From Escherichia phage vB_EcoM_G37-3, in the sequence record MK327941.1: a DNA stretch of 64,000 nt. The stretch is one strand, 5' to 3'. The translations under genes and the position numbers were made by a program. The notes beneath the pieces were generated by a model, which was not told the origin of the DNA, ran no database searches, and was given only the letters and a program-made list of their open reading frames with translations. This document shows positions 47,301 through 56,479 of the stretch, piece after piece. Position 1 is the first letter of the stretch. Each line of letters starts with the position of its first letter.

Positions 47301-48136
47301 TGGAAAACTCATGGTCTATTATCGTTGGTGGCACTGGAACATCTCAAGTTGTTGATAGTAATGCTATCGCTTTCGGTAAAATCAATGATGGTGGAGTCGT
47401 CGAGCATTACGCCTTTGCTATGGAACACAATGGCGACGCGACAGCATATAGAGACTTTATTGCAGGTCGTAACCTGTATGCGAAACAAGGCGGTTTATAC
47501 ATTGTTGACCAGTCTAATCCGGCAATGACTCGTTCCCCAGATGGTATGCTGAATATCGGTCACGGTGGAAGTGTTAACATCAAGGCAGGTCATCAAACGT
47601 TAACTACAGAGATCGCCGGACAGAAATATCAGATCGTCCACGCAGGAAACGCAGACGAAGTTCTTAACCGTCAGTTTGTTAAGAATGCTGGCGATACAAT
47701 GGTCGGTAAGCTGACTATGGATAATGCGCCTATTGTTTCTGTTAAGCATGAAGCTAGCGCGGCAACCGCTCCGGCAATCAGCAACATCGGTTTCTGGAAT
47801 ATGCGCGTTACTACCCAGAACATCAAAGAAACTTATCCAGAGAAGAAAAACGGTACTCTGATGCAATGGGGTACTGACGCGGACGGGCTTACCCAGCTTT
47901 GGTCCCCCGATGGTACTCATAAACATTATATCCGTTCCGGTACTGGTGGTCAATGGACCGCATGGGGTGAAATTTACACCAAACAGAATAAGCCTACCGC
48001 TCAGGAAATCGGGGCAGTAGTTGCAGAAGGTGGTTTAATGAACTCTATGACGGTTCGTGACTGGATCAAAGTTGGTAATGTTAAAATCATCGCCAATAAT
48101 CTGACTCGTACCGTAGACTTTATCTGGGAAGACTAA
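44396..48136 (+). CDS. 34: long tail fibre proximal subunit gp34
   Basis: 1246 aa; repeated (T/S)PKKL, ATQ.E motifs; synteny. Confidence 0.9.
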   Translation: MADFSQHFKATFGFDAGNEKVVNVAYADKNTSTDAVNVEFFNYHNGITQYDTTRGYDQYGTTIYQNRPYYAKEDITKPAGDFDPTKWQALRNDPRWDYIAATSGDTPLKSGDYIAADGQFANLTFSMPNKPAEGDTITVKDIGGKCGVNELSFLSSGHEFYHNGNVYNRKWYCTTPYAMNYFIFVRNRWHVYQTGTEPRGVYAQPAIDAIQMQNGDQVFRRSSLGNITLVLPKFANNGDMIQTTDLDGLTATNHVTVKVHEHAEEQSIGTSGLKEIIGKRSGHGVFIFDKPENLWRLWDGDQSVRLNPIISDTRLSPNSYVAVFGDRDVALTLPTNVEPGDRIQVSMQYMHGNQTCRIITSEEDTKILMQKNMVQFPKRSEYPFNGTDTWTGVSELSFNAANDYVPYLEFSYSEGDDGKKYWLVAHAHPIVERVDPTRKDRVGVIALATQDETNKNHEDNPSDEVAVTPKVLANKTANETRRGIARIATQAETHQDTGSSFLDDVIVTPKKLNDCVATEARRGVMEIATQHETNEGLDDTRAITPKKLEERRASEDLAGIAEIVQVGGSAATRRGEAGTGIYNINDHAKIVTPQNINEVKATETSRGVGYLATDAEVQGATESTPQDALLITTRTLTKRTATESRTGIAEIATQEETNLGQSDNHIITPKKLHTRRATETLHGLAEIATQSEFDAGRDDARISTPLKIKTFFENAQRLKVDPTQGLNLTGDLWQGITISGLDATEDTKGVAKVATTQLTDVGQDDTTIITPKKLQGKKATEGKEGIIRVGTQAETVAGTLANVAISPKNFKYVVQTEDTWKATEARRGFLKVATQENCFVGDNLQGSTQELGNYQHDGIAVTPKGLNYALANFLPKMATAQNSLKLGNVDAAKWARRDIDQTIESNYTFNKNVNVKGDLECLKSGSFETLFVTKNSTDDPSNGHLVLGERGVDGHTGITLHGTTASEGMENSWSIIVGGTGTSQVVDSNAIAFGKINDGGVVEHYAFAMEHNGDATAYRDFIAGRNLYAKQGGLYIVDQSNPAMTRSPDGMLNIGHGGSVNIKAGHQTLTTEIAGQKYQIVHAGNADEVLNRQFVKNAGDTMVGKLTMDNAPIVSVKHEASAATAPAISNIGFWNMRVTTQNIKETYPEKKNGTLMQWGTDADGLTQLWSPDGTHKHYIRSGTGGQWTAWGEIYTKQNKPTAQEIGAVVAEGGLMNSMTVRDWIKVGNVKIIANNLTRTVDFIWED

Positions 48137-48142
48137 TTAAAG

Positions 48143-48158
48143 GGGGCGAAAGCCCCCC
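48143..48158 (+). terminator. hairpin after gene 34
   Basis: GGGGGCGAAAGCCCCC; weak T tract. Confidence 0.35.
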
Positions 48159-48170
48159 TATGGGGTTATT

Positions 48171-49310
48171 ATGACACAAGAGATAGAATTACGCAACACT
48201 GGAATTAGGTTTGCGCATTTCGACGAAGACTCTGCGACATTTACCAGCATTTCAGAAAATAACTCTGTGATGTATAAGCTGGAAGTGCGCGGATCTAATG
48301 CGGATTCTACCAAACCAGCAAGAATTAGATTTAATGGAGTGGAGATCGTCGGGACTGGCTATGAGACTGGCCTAAACTTTAAAGTTTTTACTCCAACTGG
48401 ACAATTGCACGAAGAAAAGGTATTCTATGGTCGTGGTGCTGTATTGGCAATGCGTGATTATCTTTATTTGCTAAAAGGCGACTATATCATTGCGATGGCA
48501 ACGCATGGAGAATTGTTTGCAGATCCGATAAGTGATGATATATTTTCTAAGCTGGGATCTGTATCATTCCCGAATCACATTTTGTTACAGCAAATGCCTC
48601 GTGTATCCTATGCAGCAATTTATTCTACTAAAATGGGTAAAATTGTGTGCGAAGGGATGCAAGCAACGCACGGAGAAGGTCAAGATTCGTCTATACAAAT
48701 TGAGAAAGTTTATGATACTATAGACGATCTTGCAATAACAGGAACACCACAACGATTTTTAGATTATCCGGTTGAGTATGTTAGCGAAGATGCCGAACAT
48801 TTCGAGATAATACAATGGCCTCATGATGAGATCAGCGCACCACTTGAACATTTTAACATAAAGGCAGGTGACAAACTATCAATATCCTTTGAATTGTTCC
48901 GTGATAGTGCCGCAGCCGCAGCCAACGTAACAGCGCGTTTCTATCACAACTACTTCACTGATGGACAATATCAAACTGGCGTTCGTTATAATGCCAGCCA
49001 GAAAGATCAATGGGAAAAGTTTGAAACCGTCTATACCGTACCGGAAGGAGTTGATAGTGTTGCCACTGGTTGTATCAGATATCCAACCAACTCAAATGAA
49101 GGTATTGTTAAAATTAGAAACATACTAATAACGCCGATCAGTGGAGTCGTCAAAACTACTGGTCCTACTTCCTTTGGTGTTAACGGTATTAGAACAACTC
49201 ACATTCAGGATAACGGTAATTTCGATAACCCTGTTATGAGTCTTCTTAAACTACCTAGAGACAATAAACATATCACATCCAACAACTTTAAAGAGTTCGA
49301 TGTTGATTAA
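48171..49310 (+). CDS. 35: long tail fibre hinge protein gp35
   Basis: 379 aa; synteny and size. Confidence 0.8.
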   Translation: MTQEIELRNTGIRFAHFDEDSATFTSISENNSVMYKLEVRGSNADSTKPARIRFNGVEIVGTGYETGLNFKVFTPTGQLHEEKVFYGRGAVLAMRDYLYLLKGDYIIAMATHGELFADPISDDIFSKLGSVSFPNHILLQQMPRVSYAAIYSTKMGKIVCEGMQATHGEGQDSSIQIEKVYDTIDDLAITGTPQRFLDYPVEYVSEDAEHFEIIQWPHDEISAPLEHFNIKAGDKLSISFELFRDSAAAAANVTARFYHNYFTDGQYQTGVRYNASQKDQWEKFETVYTVPEGVDSVATGCIRYPTNSNEGIVKIRNILITPISGVVKTTGPTSFGVNGIRTTHIQDNGNFDNPVMSLLKLPRDNKHITSNNFKEFDVD

Positions 49311-49471
49311 CATTTTTAACAAGCCGATCCTCGTGGTCGGCTTTATTTTTATACAGTTGGTTAAAACATAACCAAAACGAAGAAAGATCTTTAGAATAAT
49401 AGAAAATTTGTTTCGGTTAAAAAATAGTCAGTGCCTACGGCACGTCGCGAAGCGATATTTTGTTAACATTC

Positions 49472-49479
49472 TATAAATA
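49472..49479 (+). promoter_or_regulatory. T4-type late promoter motif TATAAATA upstream of gene 36
   Basis: exact TATAAATA about 35 nt upstream of ATG. Confidence 0.5.
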
Positions 49480-49512
49480 CTCGGAACTATAACTAATTTT
49501 TGAGGTTACTTT

Positions 49513-51003
49513 ATGGCAGATTTGAAACATGGATCTACTGTAGGCGGATCTCCCATTTGGACGCAAGGAAACTTGACGATCCAGCCAGCGGGGGATCAGC
49601 TTTTCTACAAAGGTCATAAAATCTATACCGCTTTTGATAAACCTTCGGCTGCCGATTTTGATGCTGTTAGTGCATCCGAAGGTGGCACATTTCAAAAGCA
49701 AGTTCATTTCGAGGAAGGTTTAAGCGTAGGTAGCGCATCGGCTGGAGAAACCAAAAAGAACGGGATCTTTAAAGGAAATAGTGATGCGGCTAACTTTGAT
49801 GGTGTAAGTTGGGGTTTGCATTCGTGGAAATCTATTGGTTTTGTTAATGCTCGTGATGATGTTATCATGGCTTATATTGACACTACCACAGGTGATTTTA
49901 AAACTAAAGGGACTATCGAAGGGACAACCATTAAAGACACAGGTCAACGCGTCTATAGCCCTGTTAATAAACCAACGAATAATGATTTAGATTTGGTGTC
50001 TCGTCGCGGTGATACCCTCACAGGAACATATAATTTAAACACTGTCACTGTTAAACTATCGGTTGATTCGAAATTAATTGCAAGGGAACGTGATTTAATT
50101 AATTTTGATGCGACTAAGATCTATTATGGTAACGTTCTTGATACGTTGGTCTTCCGAAGTAAAGATGAGCCTACCATTTTTGTTAATGGCAGAGAAGGTC
50201 GTTTTTATCACACCAACAATAAACCAACTAAAGCCGATGTTGGGCTAGGCAATGTCACCAATGATGCACAGGTTAAACGTGCTGGTGATATTATGGAAGG
50301 TAACTTGCAAGCACCTAGAATGTTGGCGACAAACGATCCTGCTGGTCCTAATGAATTGGTTCGTTTGAGCTACTTTGAGAGAAAATCAATGGTAGCAAAT
50401 CCAACCATCATTGGAAACGTTGATTGGAACACTCTTATTAATCGCGGTATCTATCGTGTGGAAAATGCTGGGTCAGGTACTAATAAACCGTCTGATAGCT
50501 ATTATAACGGCGTTTTGATGGTATATCGCCCAGAAGATGCGGTCGGTACTCGTCGAATTGTTCAGGTGTATTATCCTGAATCTATTGACCATCCGATGTG
50601 CTGGCGTTCTTGTTCTAATGAATCATGGACTGCATGGAACTATGTAGATCACCGTAAATTGGCTGATATTCGCTATGTTAACGTCACTGGCGATACCATG
50701 ACAGGACCGTTAACTGTTCCGGCTGCAAACGGTGTTAGAACGGCTAGAGGTGCATATAATGGTGATAACTACTATGCCGGGTTAAATAGTGCTGACGGCA
50801 CGGCTATGATTCACCGTATCAGCGATATTAAAGCCACTGAAAAATTGGGTATTACACATGATTCGAAAGCTGTTTTCGTTAAATCGCGTGGAAATACTCA
50901 AGCCACAGACCGCTATGAACTTTACCACGAAGGGCATAAACCTACCCCTGCCGAAGTTGGTGCGGTTCCACTTAATGCGGTGATTGATTTCGGTACTTTC
51001 TAA
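49513..51003 (+). CDS. 36: long tail fibre distal connector gp36 (enlarged, 496 aa)
   Basis: synteny between 35 and 37; repeated YxxxNKPT motifs. Confidence 0.7.
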   Translation: MADLKHGSTVGGSPIWTQGNLTIQPAGDQLFYKGHKIYTAFDKPSAADFDAVSASEGGTFQKQVHFEEGLSVGSASAGETKKNGIFKGNSDAANFDGVSWGLHSWKSIGFVNARDDVIMAYIDTTTGDFKTKGTIEGTTIKDTGQRVYSPVNKPTNNDLDLVSRRGDTLTGTYNLNTVTVKLSVDSKLIARERDLINFDATKIYYGNVLDTLVFRSKDEPTIFVNGREGRFYHTNNKPTKADVGLGNVTNDAQVKRAGDIMEGNLQAPRMLATNDPAGPNELVRLSYFERKSMVANPTIIGNVDWNTLINRGIYRVENAGSGTNKPSDSYYNGVLMVYRPEDAVGTRRIVQVYYPESIDHPMCWRSCSNESWTAWNYVDHRKLADIRYVNVTGDTMTGPLTVPAANGVRTARGAYNGDNYYAGLNSADGTAMIHRISDIKATEKLGITHDSKAVFVKSRGNTQATDRYELYHEGHKPTPAEVGAVPLNAVIDFGTF

Positions 51004-51007
51004 TTTT

Positions 51008-51033
51008 AGCGGGGATTCTCTCCCCGCTTTTCT
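51008..51033 (+). terminator. rho-independent terminator after gene 36
   Basis: AGCGGGGA-TTCTC-TCCCCGCT then TTTCT. Confidence 0.5.
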
Positions 51034-51073
51034 AAATAATATTATTCTAATAACCGTTTAAGGATTTTATAAA

Positions 51074-53938
51074 ATGGCAGATTTAAACAGAATCCAATTT
51101 AAACGCACTAGCACTAAAGGTCGTAAACCTGATGCTAGTACGATGTATCCGGGGGAATTGGCAATCAACCTTGCGGATCAATACATGTTTACTAAAAATG
51201 ATTCGGGGACTCTCATCAATTTAAGTTGTCCTCCGGTGTATAACCGTGACGTTATAATGGCGGGTAAGGTTAAAGGGAATGATTATATTTTAAGCAAAAC
51301 CGCTAATTATTTTGAAGACCAAACCGCGCGAGATCTTAATTATTTTGGTGCGTTTCGACCGAATAATGCTGATGGTTGGTCTAACTTGATTCTGAACATT
51401 CCTCATCCCAGCGGTAAAGCACACGGTCGCGGTTTTGAGTTCCAATATGGGTCCAGCTCACCTCAAGTTAAAACCTATGGCTTTGATAAAGATGGTAATA
51501 AGCGATTCAGCTTTCGCATGTATCACGAAGGTGATAAGCCTAGTCCGTCAGAATTAAATGTGTACAGCAAACAAGAAGTAGATCGGATGTTCCAAAAGAC
51601 ACTTGATTTTGGAACTGAGTCTGGTTGGTTTAAAATTGCTACTGTATATCTTCCGCAACACTTCGGTCGTAGTGCTAAAATTAGATTGGTTGGTGGTAAT
51701 GGCTATAATGTAGGAAAGACAGATCGATGTAATATTATTGAATTAGTGTTGCGGAATGGCAACAATGCCCCTAAAGGAATTAATATTGTTGCTTATCATC
51801 ACATTTCTGGGGGTGAAAACCAATTTTGTGCTATTAATACAAGCGACGATAATTATGATATATATGCTTATTATTTCGGACATACATCATTTGTTCTTGC
51901 TGAATATCAAGCGTCTACCGGTGTTAATTTAACTGTACTTGATCGACCTGAATATGTCGGCGAAAAACCTGTAGCTGATCATATCTATGATGCATATACA
52001 ATATACTCCTTTAACAGTTTCAGTAACCGTGGAACGTTAAATTTTGCTGGAAACCCTCAAGGCCAATATGACATTGAGCATATGAACGAACAACCGACAA
52101 ATGCTAAAAAGATGTTGCGTCGGTTTAGAAGCTCTGCTCTTTCCACTATCTGGCATGAAACCGTTGATGACCAGAATTATCGTCTTGCCACTGGCTTTAC
52201 AGATTCAGGTCAACAATTATTGCTGACAACAACCGGGTTACATGTCAAGAGATTAACATTGGATGGCGGTGCTGCGGGTGGAAATGCTGGTATTGATATT
52301 CGTCGAGGACCAAACGAAGCAAGCCATTTTAATTTTATGGATTATCGCACTGGTCAAGATGTTCGTAATGGCTGGTTTGGTTTTGGTGATTTGACGACCA
52401 AAGATTTTATTTGGTGGAACGATAACGGTCAAAACTCGATAAACTTGGTCGAAAACGGTGAATTACAGATTTCTGGCGGTAAAGGCCAGAAAATTGTAAT
52501 GAATAGCGAAGTTGCATTATCTGAAAATGCTCGTTTGGCTGTTAGAGGTGGTAATTATGGCGTGATATTCCGTAATGATGGAACGAGCTTTCATCTGCTT
52601 ACTACCGATTTAAAAGATTCTTTTGGTAGTTGGAATAATCGCAGACCGTTCAGTTATGATTTCGCCGAAGGTGGATTAGATCTAGGTGGCACAACGACCG
52701 CTCGTTGTTTACATCTGGGAATTGATGGTAGTACCCGCATCGAGGATAACTTAGTTTTCCGGGCTGGATCTCGTCAATCAATGGACTATATTGAAATGAT
52801 CCATTGGGGTAACAGTAATATCGCTCGTGACAACGTTTTGAGTATGAAAGACTCGAAAGGATTCCTTGCTGAATTTGAACGCGTGGGTGGGACTAACGGC
52901 GTTAAAACCAGATTATTTGGCGAAACCTTCACTGACGGTACATTATACCTAAATCAGATGAATAATAGCTCTGAACGATTCTCTATCAACAATTGGGGAA
53001 ATTCAGAAGTTGGACGCGCGGCAGTAATGGAGATCGGTGATTCCAAAGGTTATCACTTCTATACTGAACGTAGAACAGATAACACCGTTTTATTTGATGT
53101 AGCTGGTGCTTTGACCGTGCATGGACCTAACGGAATAACCATCAAAAACTCAACTGGTGCACGCCATATCTGGTTTAGAGATGACAGCGAATCGGAAAAG
53201 GCTGTTATCTGGGCTACAGATGAGGGTATTTTACATATTCGCAATAACCACGGTGGACAATTTAGTCATCACTTCCAGGGTGCAATGATTAAAGCGGGAG
53301 AGCGTGTTCCATATAATAGTGAATACGCTCTTATCCGTGGTGATATTTCCGGTGGTGCATGGGTAGACTGGCGAGCGCGTCCGGCTGGATTGTTGGTAGA
53401 CTGTCAGGACTCACGAAATCAAGCATATAACATTTGGAAAGCTACTCATTGGGGCGAACAGCACCTTGCGGCGATGGGTGTTCATGCTGGCGGTGGTAAT
53501 CCTCATGTTGTATTGCATGTGGGTGGGAATGATTATGCATTTGCATCTAACGGTGATTTTACTGCTGGTGCTGCTGTATATTGTAACGACGTTTATATTC
53601 GTTCTGACCGTCGTCTGAAAATTAATGTTGAAGACTACGAAGAGAATGCGGTAGATAAGGTAAATAAACTCAAAGTTAAAACCTATGATAAAGTTAAATC
53701 TCTTTCTGACCGCGAAGTTATCGGCCATGAGATTGGTATTATCGCACAGGATTTGCAAGAAGTATTACCGGAAGCTGTTAGCACTTCTAGTGTCGGATCT
53801 CAGGATAACCCAGAAGAAATTTTAACAATTTCAAACTCCGCAGTGAACGCGCTGTTAATTAAAGCGATCCAAGAAATGAGCGAAGAAAATAAAATCCTTC
53901 GTGAACGTCTTGCTGCAATTGAGGCTAAATTAGGGTAA
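51074..53938 (+). CDS. 37: long tail fibre distal subunit gp37 with C-terminal intramolecular chaperone (peptidase S74-like) domain
   Basis: 954 aa; C-terminal about 110 aa IRSDRRLKINVEDYE...IGIIAQDLQEVLPEAV...NALLIKAIQE typical of auto-cleaving fibre chaperone domains. Confidence 0.85.
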   Translation: MADLNRIQFKRTSTKGRKPDASTMYPGELAINLADQYMFTKNDSGTLINLSCPPVYNRDVIMAGKVKGNDYILSKTANYFEDQTARDLNYFGAFRPNNADGWSNLILNIPHPSGKAHGRGFEFQYGSSSPQVKTYGFDKDGNKRFSFRMYHEGDKPSPSELNVYSKQEVDRMFQKTLDFGTESGWFKIATVYLPQHFGRSAKIRLVGGNGYNVGKTDRCNIIELVLRNGNNAPKGINIVAYHHISGGENQFCAINTSDDNYDIYAYYFGHTSFVLAEYQASTGVNLTVLDRPEYVGEKPVADHIYDAYTIYSFNSFSNRGTLNFAGNPQGQYDIEHMNEQPTNAKKMLRRFRSSALSTIWHETVDDQNYRLATGFTDSGQQLLLTTTGLHVKRLTLDGGAAGGNAGIDIRRGPNEASHFNFMDYRTGQDVRNGWFGFGDLTTKDFIWWNDNGQNSINLVENGELQISGGKGQKIVMNSEVALSENARLAVRGGNYGVIFRNDGTSFHLLTTDLKDSFGSWNNRRPFSYDFAEGGLDLGGTTTARCLHLGIDGSTRIEDNLVFRAGSRQSMDYIEMIHWGNSNIARDNVLSMKDSKGFLAEFERVGGTNGVKTRLFGETFTDGTLYLNQMNNSSERFSINNWGNSEVGRAAVMEIGDSKGYHFYTERRTDNTVLFDVAGALTVHGPNGITIKNSTGARHIWFRDDSESEKAVIWATDEGILHIRNNHGGQFSHHFQGAMIKAGERVPYNSEYALIRGDISGGAWVDWRARPAGLLVDCQDSRNQAYNIWKATHWGEQHLAAMGVHAGGGNPHVVLHVGGNDYAFASNGDFTAGAAVYCNDVYIRSDRRLKINVEDYEENAVDKVNKLKVKTYDKVKSLSDREVIGHEIGIIAQDLQEVLPEAVSTSSVGSQDNPEEILTISNSAVNALLIKAIQEMSEENKILRERLAAIEAKLG

Positions 53939-53977
53939 TTGGAAAGCGGGGAGAAAATCCCCGCTAAGGATTCTTAT

Positions 53978-54274
53978 ATGGGATATTGGGTCAGTAGTGA
54001 AATTAATACTAAAATCGATGCTTTAAAATGGCATGTATTTGATATTCCTAACGGCTATGGTACTGCTCGCGCTGGCGTTGCTGTCATGCGTCATAATGCT
54101 GGTGGTGGATGGTCTGATGCACATATTAACGTAGATGGTTTGACCGTTGCTCGTCGTCGTGGTGGGTCCAATTGGGGATCTACTATAAATTCGTTTGTTC
54201 CTGCTGGCTGTACCGTCTCCTTTGGTTTAGGGGGTGAAGGTGGTGTTGAATATTTTAAATTCATGGAGTTTTAA
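53978..54274 (+). CDS. small Gly-rich protein, paralog 1 of 3 (98 aa)
   Basis: AAGGA-N7-ATG; MGYW...FDIPNGYG...GGGW; hairpin 53946..53964 just upstream. Confidence 0.6.
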   Translation: MGYWVSSEINTKIDALKWHVFDIPNGYGTARAGVAVMRHNAGGGWSDAHINVDGLTVARRRGGSNWGSTINSFVPAGCTVSFGLGGEGGVEYFKFMEF

Positions 54275-54276
54275 TT

Positions 54277-54582
54277 ATGGCTGGATGGATAAATCAAAGA
54301 ATGTCAAACGCTATTAGTATTTGGGCTAATGGTGGATATTTTGATATCCCTAACGGTTGGGTCACTGATTCATGCGGAATTGTTTTTGCTCATATGGAAG
54401 CCATTAACGGTGCTGGTGATCTTGGTTCTGAATTGGCTGTAAATGGATTGATTGAATCAGGTCATCACGCTGGTAATGCCGGAAGTTGGGGCGCTAGTTC
54501 TTTAGTTGGCGCTGGTGCTACCGTTAGCTTTACATTGGGTAAAGGTAGTTTGCATTATTTCAAATTCAGGAGAATGCACTAA
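54277..54582 (+). CDS. small Gly-rich protein, paralog 2 of 3 (101 aa)
   Basis: MAGW...FDIPNGW...; ends YFKFRRMH. Confidence 0.6.
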   Translation: MAGWINQRMSNAISIWANGGYFDIPNGWVTDSCGIVFAHMEAINGAGDLGSELAVNGLIESGHHAGNAGSWGASSLVGAGATVSFTLGKGSLHYFKFRRMH

Positions 54583-54884
54583 TGGCATTTTGGGTAGATG
54601 GCGCTTTGGGGAATAGGGCGGGTAAAGCAAATCAAGGATGGTTTGATATTCCTAACGGTTGGACAGCCGACGCTTTCGGGACTATTTCATTTTCCGCTCA
54701 TTCTTCCGGTGGTGGCGGCGGTGACTCTGAATTGTTTATTCATGGTTTTTGTGTTTCTGGAAGCCATAAGGGTCATGATTGGGGACAGATCCATTCTTGT
54801 ATTGCACCGCAAGGGGCGGTAATTACCGTTAGCACAAATAGGGGGGTCGCTCATCTTCGTTATAGACGTTTGAGCAACCGCTAA
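54582..54884 (+). CDS. small Gly-rich protein, paralog 3 of 3 (100 aa)
   Basis: AGGAG RBS; MAFW...FDIPNGW...GGGGGD. Confidence 0.6.
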   Translation: MAFWVDGALGNRAGKANQGWFDIPNGWTADAFGTISFSAHSSGGGGGDSELFIHGFCVSGSHKGHDWGQIHSCIAPQGAVITVSTNRGVAHLRYRRLSNR

Positions 54885-54939
54885 ATAAATAGAATTACGG
54901 AAAACTCCCAGGGAAGGGAACTACTAAGGAGAAACGGCT

Positions 54940-55179
54940 ATGGTCTATAATATCGTCATTGGTGCTTTGTCTAATTTCGGAATGAAACTATTGTCAAAGT
55001 TAATTAGTGAAAAGATGCTCACTAAAATTTTCTTCTATTGCGCTCGTCGTCTTGCGGCTTATACCAATACGCCAATTGATGATCGTTTTGTGGAAGAGCT
55101 TTATAAGGAGTTTAATAAAGATCAGTCAGAAGATAGCAACGAGCAAAATAAAAATAGTGATAGTCAAGTACCTAAATAA
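54940..55179 (+). CDS. hypothetical protein (79 aa)
   Basis: AAGGAG RBS; hydrophobic N-terminus, acidic C-terminus. Confidence 0.55.
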   Translation: MVYNIVIGALSNFGMKLLSKLISEKMLTKIFFYCARRLAAYTNTPIDDRFVEELYKEFNKDQSEDSNEQNKNSDSQVPK

Positions 55180-55212
55180 GAATACACTGTCATAGTTATC
55201 TTAGGGCATTAT

Positions 55213-55869
55213 ATGCAAGTTTCTGAAAAAGGGAAAGACTTTGCTATCTCAAATGTCCTGCGCGCTATTTTCACAACTAAAAGCACGGAGTTGCTCGTAC
55301 TTCGTGTTTTTGCTGCCGTCGTGTTGTCTATATTAGCATTTGTCGTTTATAGTAAAAACGAGTTATTTGCCTTGTATAAAGAGACTCGTTATGAGACTTA
55401 TGCTCACGTTCTCCAGGTAGAGAAAGACCGCAATTTTGATAATGCAGCACAGGAGCAGTTACAGATAGTTCATGTGTCGGCTAATGCCGATTTTTCTGCT
55501 GTTTTTAGTTTTCGTCCGAAAAACCTAAACTATTTTGTTGATTTGGTGGCATATGAAGGAAAGTTACCTCATACAATCGACGAAAAGAATTTAGGCGGAT
55601 TCCCTATCAATAAAACGAGTGAAGAATATCGTAGGCATCTTTTAGGTAAATCCTATTTTACCGATAAAGATTTCCAGTATATTCCATCAAGAGAAAAGAA
55701 ATTAGAGAGTATCGATATAGGGTTTATGTATTCTTGCCCTATATTCAATCTCGATAATGTCTATTCTGGTAGTATCGCCATTGCATGGAAGAATAAACCG
55801 GATATTGACATTGAGAATTTAGATACTCTTTGCAATCAATCTGCCAGAATCCTCGGAAGGATTAGATAA
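55213..55869 (+). CDS. t: holin t
   Basis: 218 aa; single N-terminal TM; LQIVHVSANADFSAVFSFRPKNLNYFVDLVAYEGKLP matches T4 holin. Confidence 0.85.
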   Translation: MQVSEKGKDFAISNVLRAIFTTKSTELLVLRVFAAVVLSILAFVVYSKNELFALYKETRYETYAHVLQVEKDRNFDNAAQEQLQIVHVSANADFSAVFSFRPKNLNYFVDLVAYEGKLPHTIDEKNLGGFPINKTSEEYRRHLLGKSYFTDKDFQYIPSREKKLESIDIGFMYSCPIFNLDNVYSGSIAIAWKNKPDIDIENLDTLCNQSARILGRIR

Positions 55870-55875
55870 CTTAAA

Positions 55876-55908
55876 GGGGAAGCCTTTCGGCCTCCCCTTC
55901 TTTTTTAT
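55876..55908. terminator. bidirectional rho-independent terminator after holin
   Basis: AGGGGAAGCC-TTTC-GGCCTCCCCT then TTCTTTTTTATT. Confidence 0.6.
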
Positions 55909-56153
55909 TGGCGCATAGAAGCCCCTGAATCACATTTTGACGCTGTATGATGAAAACATGTAGCGTACCAGTCATCGGCTTGTTTGTCTTCGTCAGAAAA
56001 CGCATAATTTCGTTGTATGCCGTTTTCTACTTTGACCAGTGCAATAGCTGTTTCTGGAAGATCAATCAATCGGACAAAATCACCATCTTCCCACTCTACA
56101 CGAGCAATATCATAGCCCATCTCAAAGTATACAATCGCTTGTTCTAATTTCAT
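55905..56153 (-). CDS. DUF2829-like (Tad2-like) small protein (82 aa)
   Basis: N-terminal FEMGYDIARVEW and C-terminal AFSDEDKQADDW resemble the DUF2829 pattern. Confidence 0.45.
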   Translation of the reverse strand: MKLEQAIVYFEMGYDIARVEWEDGDFVRLIDLPETAIALVKVENGIQRNYAFSDEDKQADDWYATCFHHTASKCDSGASMRQ

Positions 56154-56479
56154 TCTGGAAACTTCCCGTAAACATTCTCTGCTAGCTTACGTGCATCTTT
56201 TACAATATCTTTCATGTAATGACTATAATTTTTAGCTAGATCAATGATACAATCAACAAAGAAGTAATAGCGTCGCAGTGCTACCAGCTCAACATCTTCA
56301 AGATGACCATTTTCTCCAATCGCTGAAATGTGTTTAAATTCCTTTCGGATCGCGTCCATCGCTACATTAACTTCTTTTATAATATCTTTCGTATTATATG
56401 CACCTCGACTAATCAAAATTTTGGTTAGGTCTTCTGCTTTTTCGTGAAAGTTGTCAATTTCAAACTCGATCATAATCAC
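56150..56479 (-). CDS. hypothetical protein (109 aa); paralog of 56588..56920
   Basis: shared helical pattern, both end ...EN(V/I)(Y/F)GKF. Confidence 0.55.
   Translation of the reverse strand: MIMIEFEIDNFHEKAEDLTKILISRGAYNTKDIIKEVNVAMDAIRKEFKHISAIGENGHLEDVELVALRRYYFFVDCIIDLAKNYSHYMKDIVKDARKLAENVYGKFPE

Noticed and set aside
45402-47953. Several ORFs on both strands within gene 34
   Set aside because: Embedded in a 1246-aa fibre gene with clear repeat structure; no independent signals.
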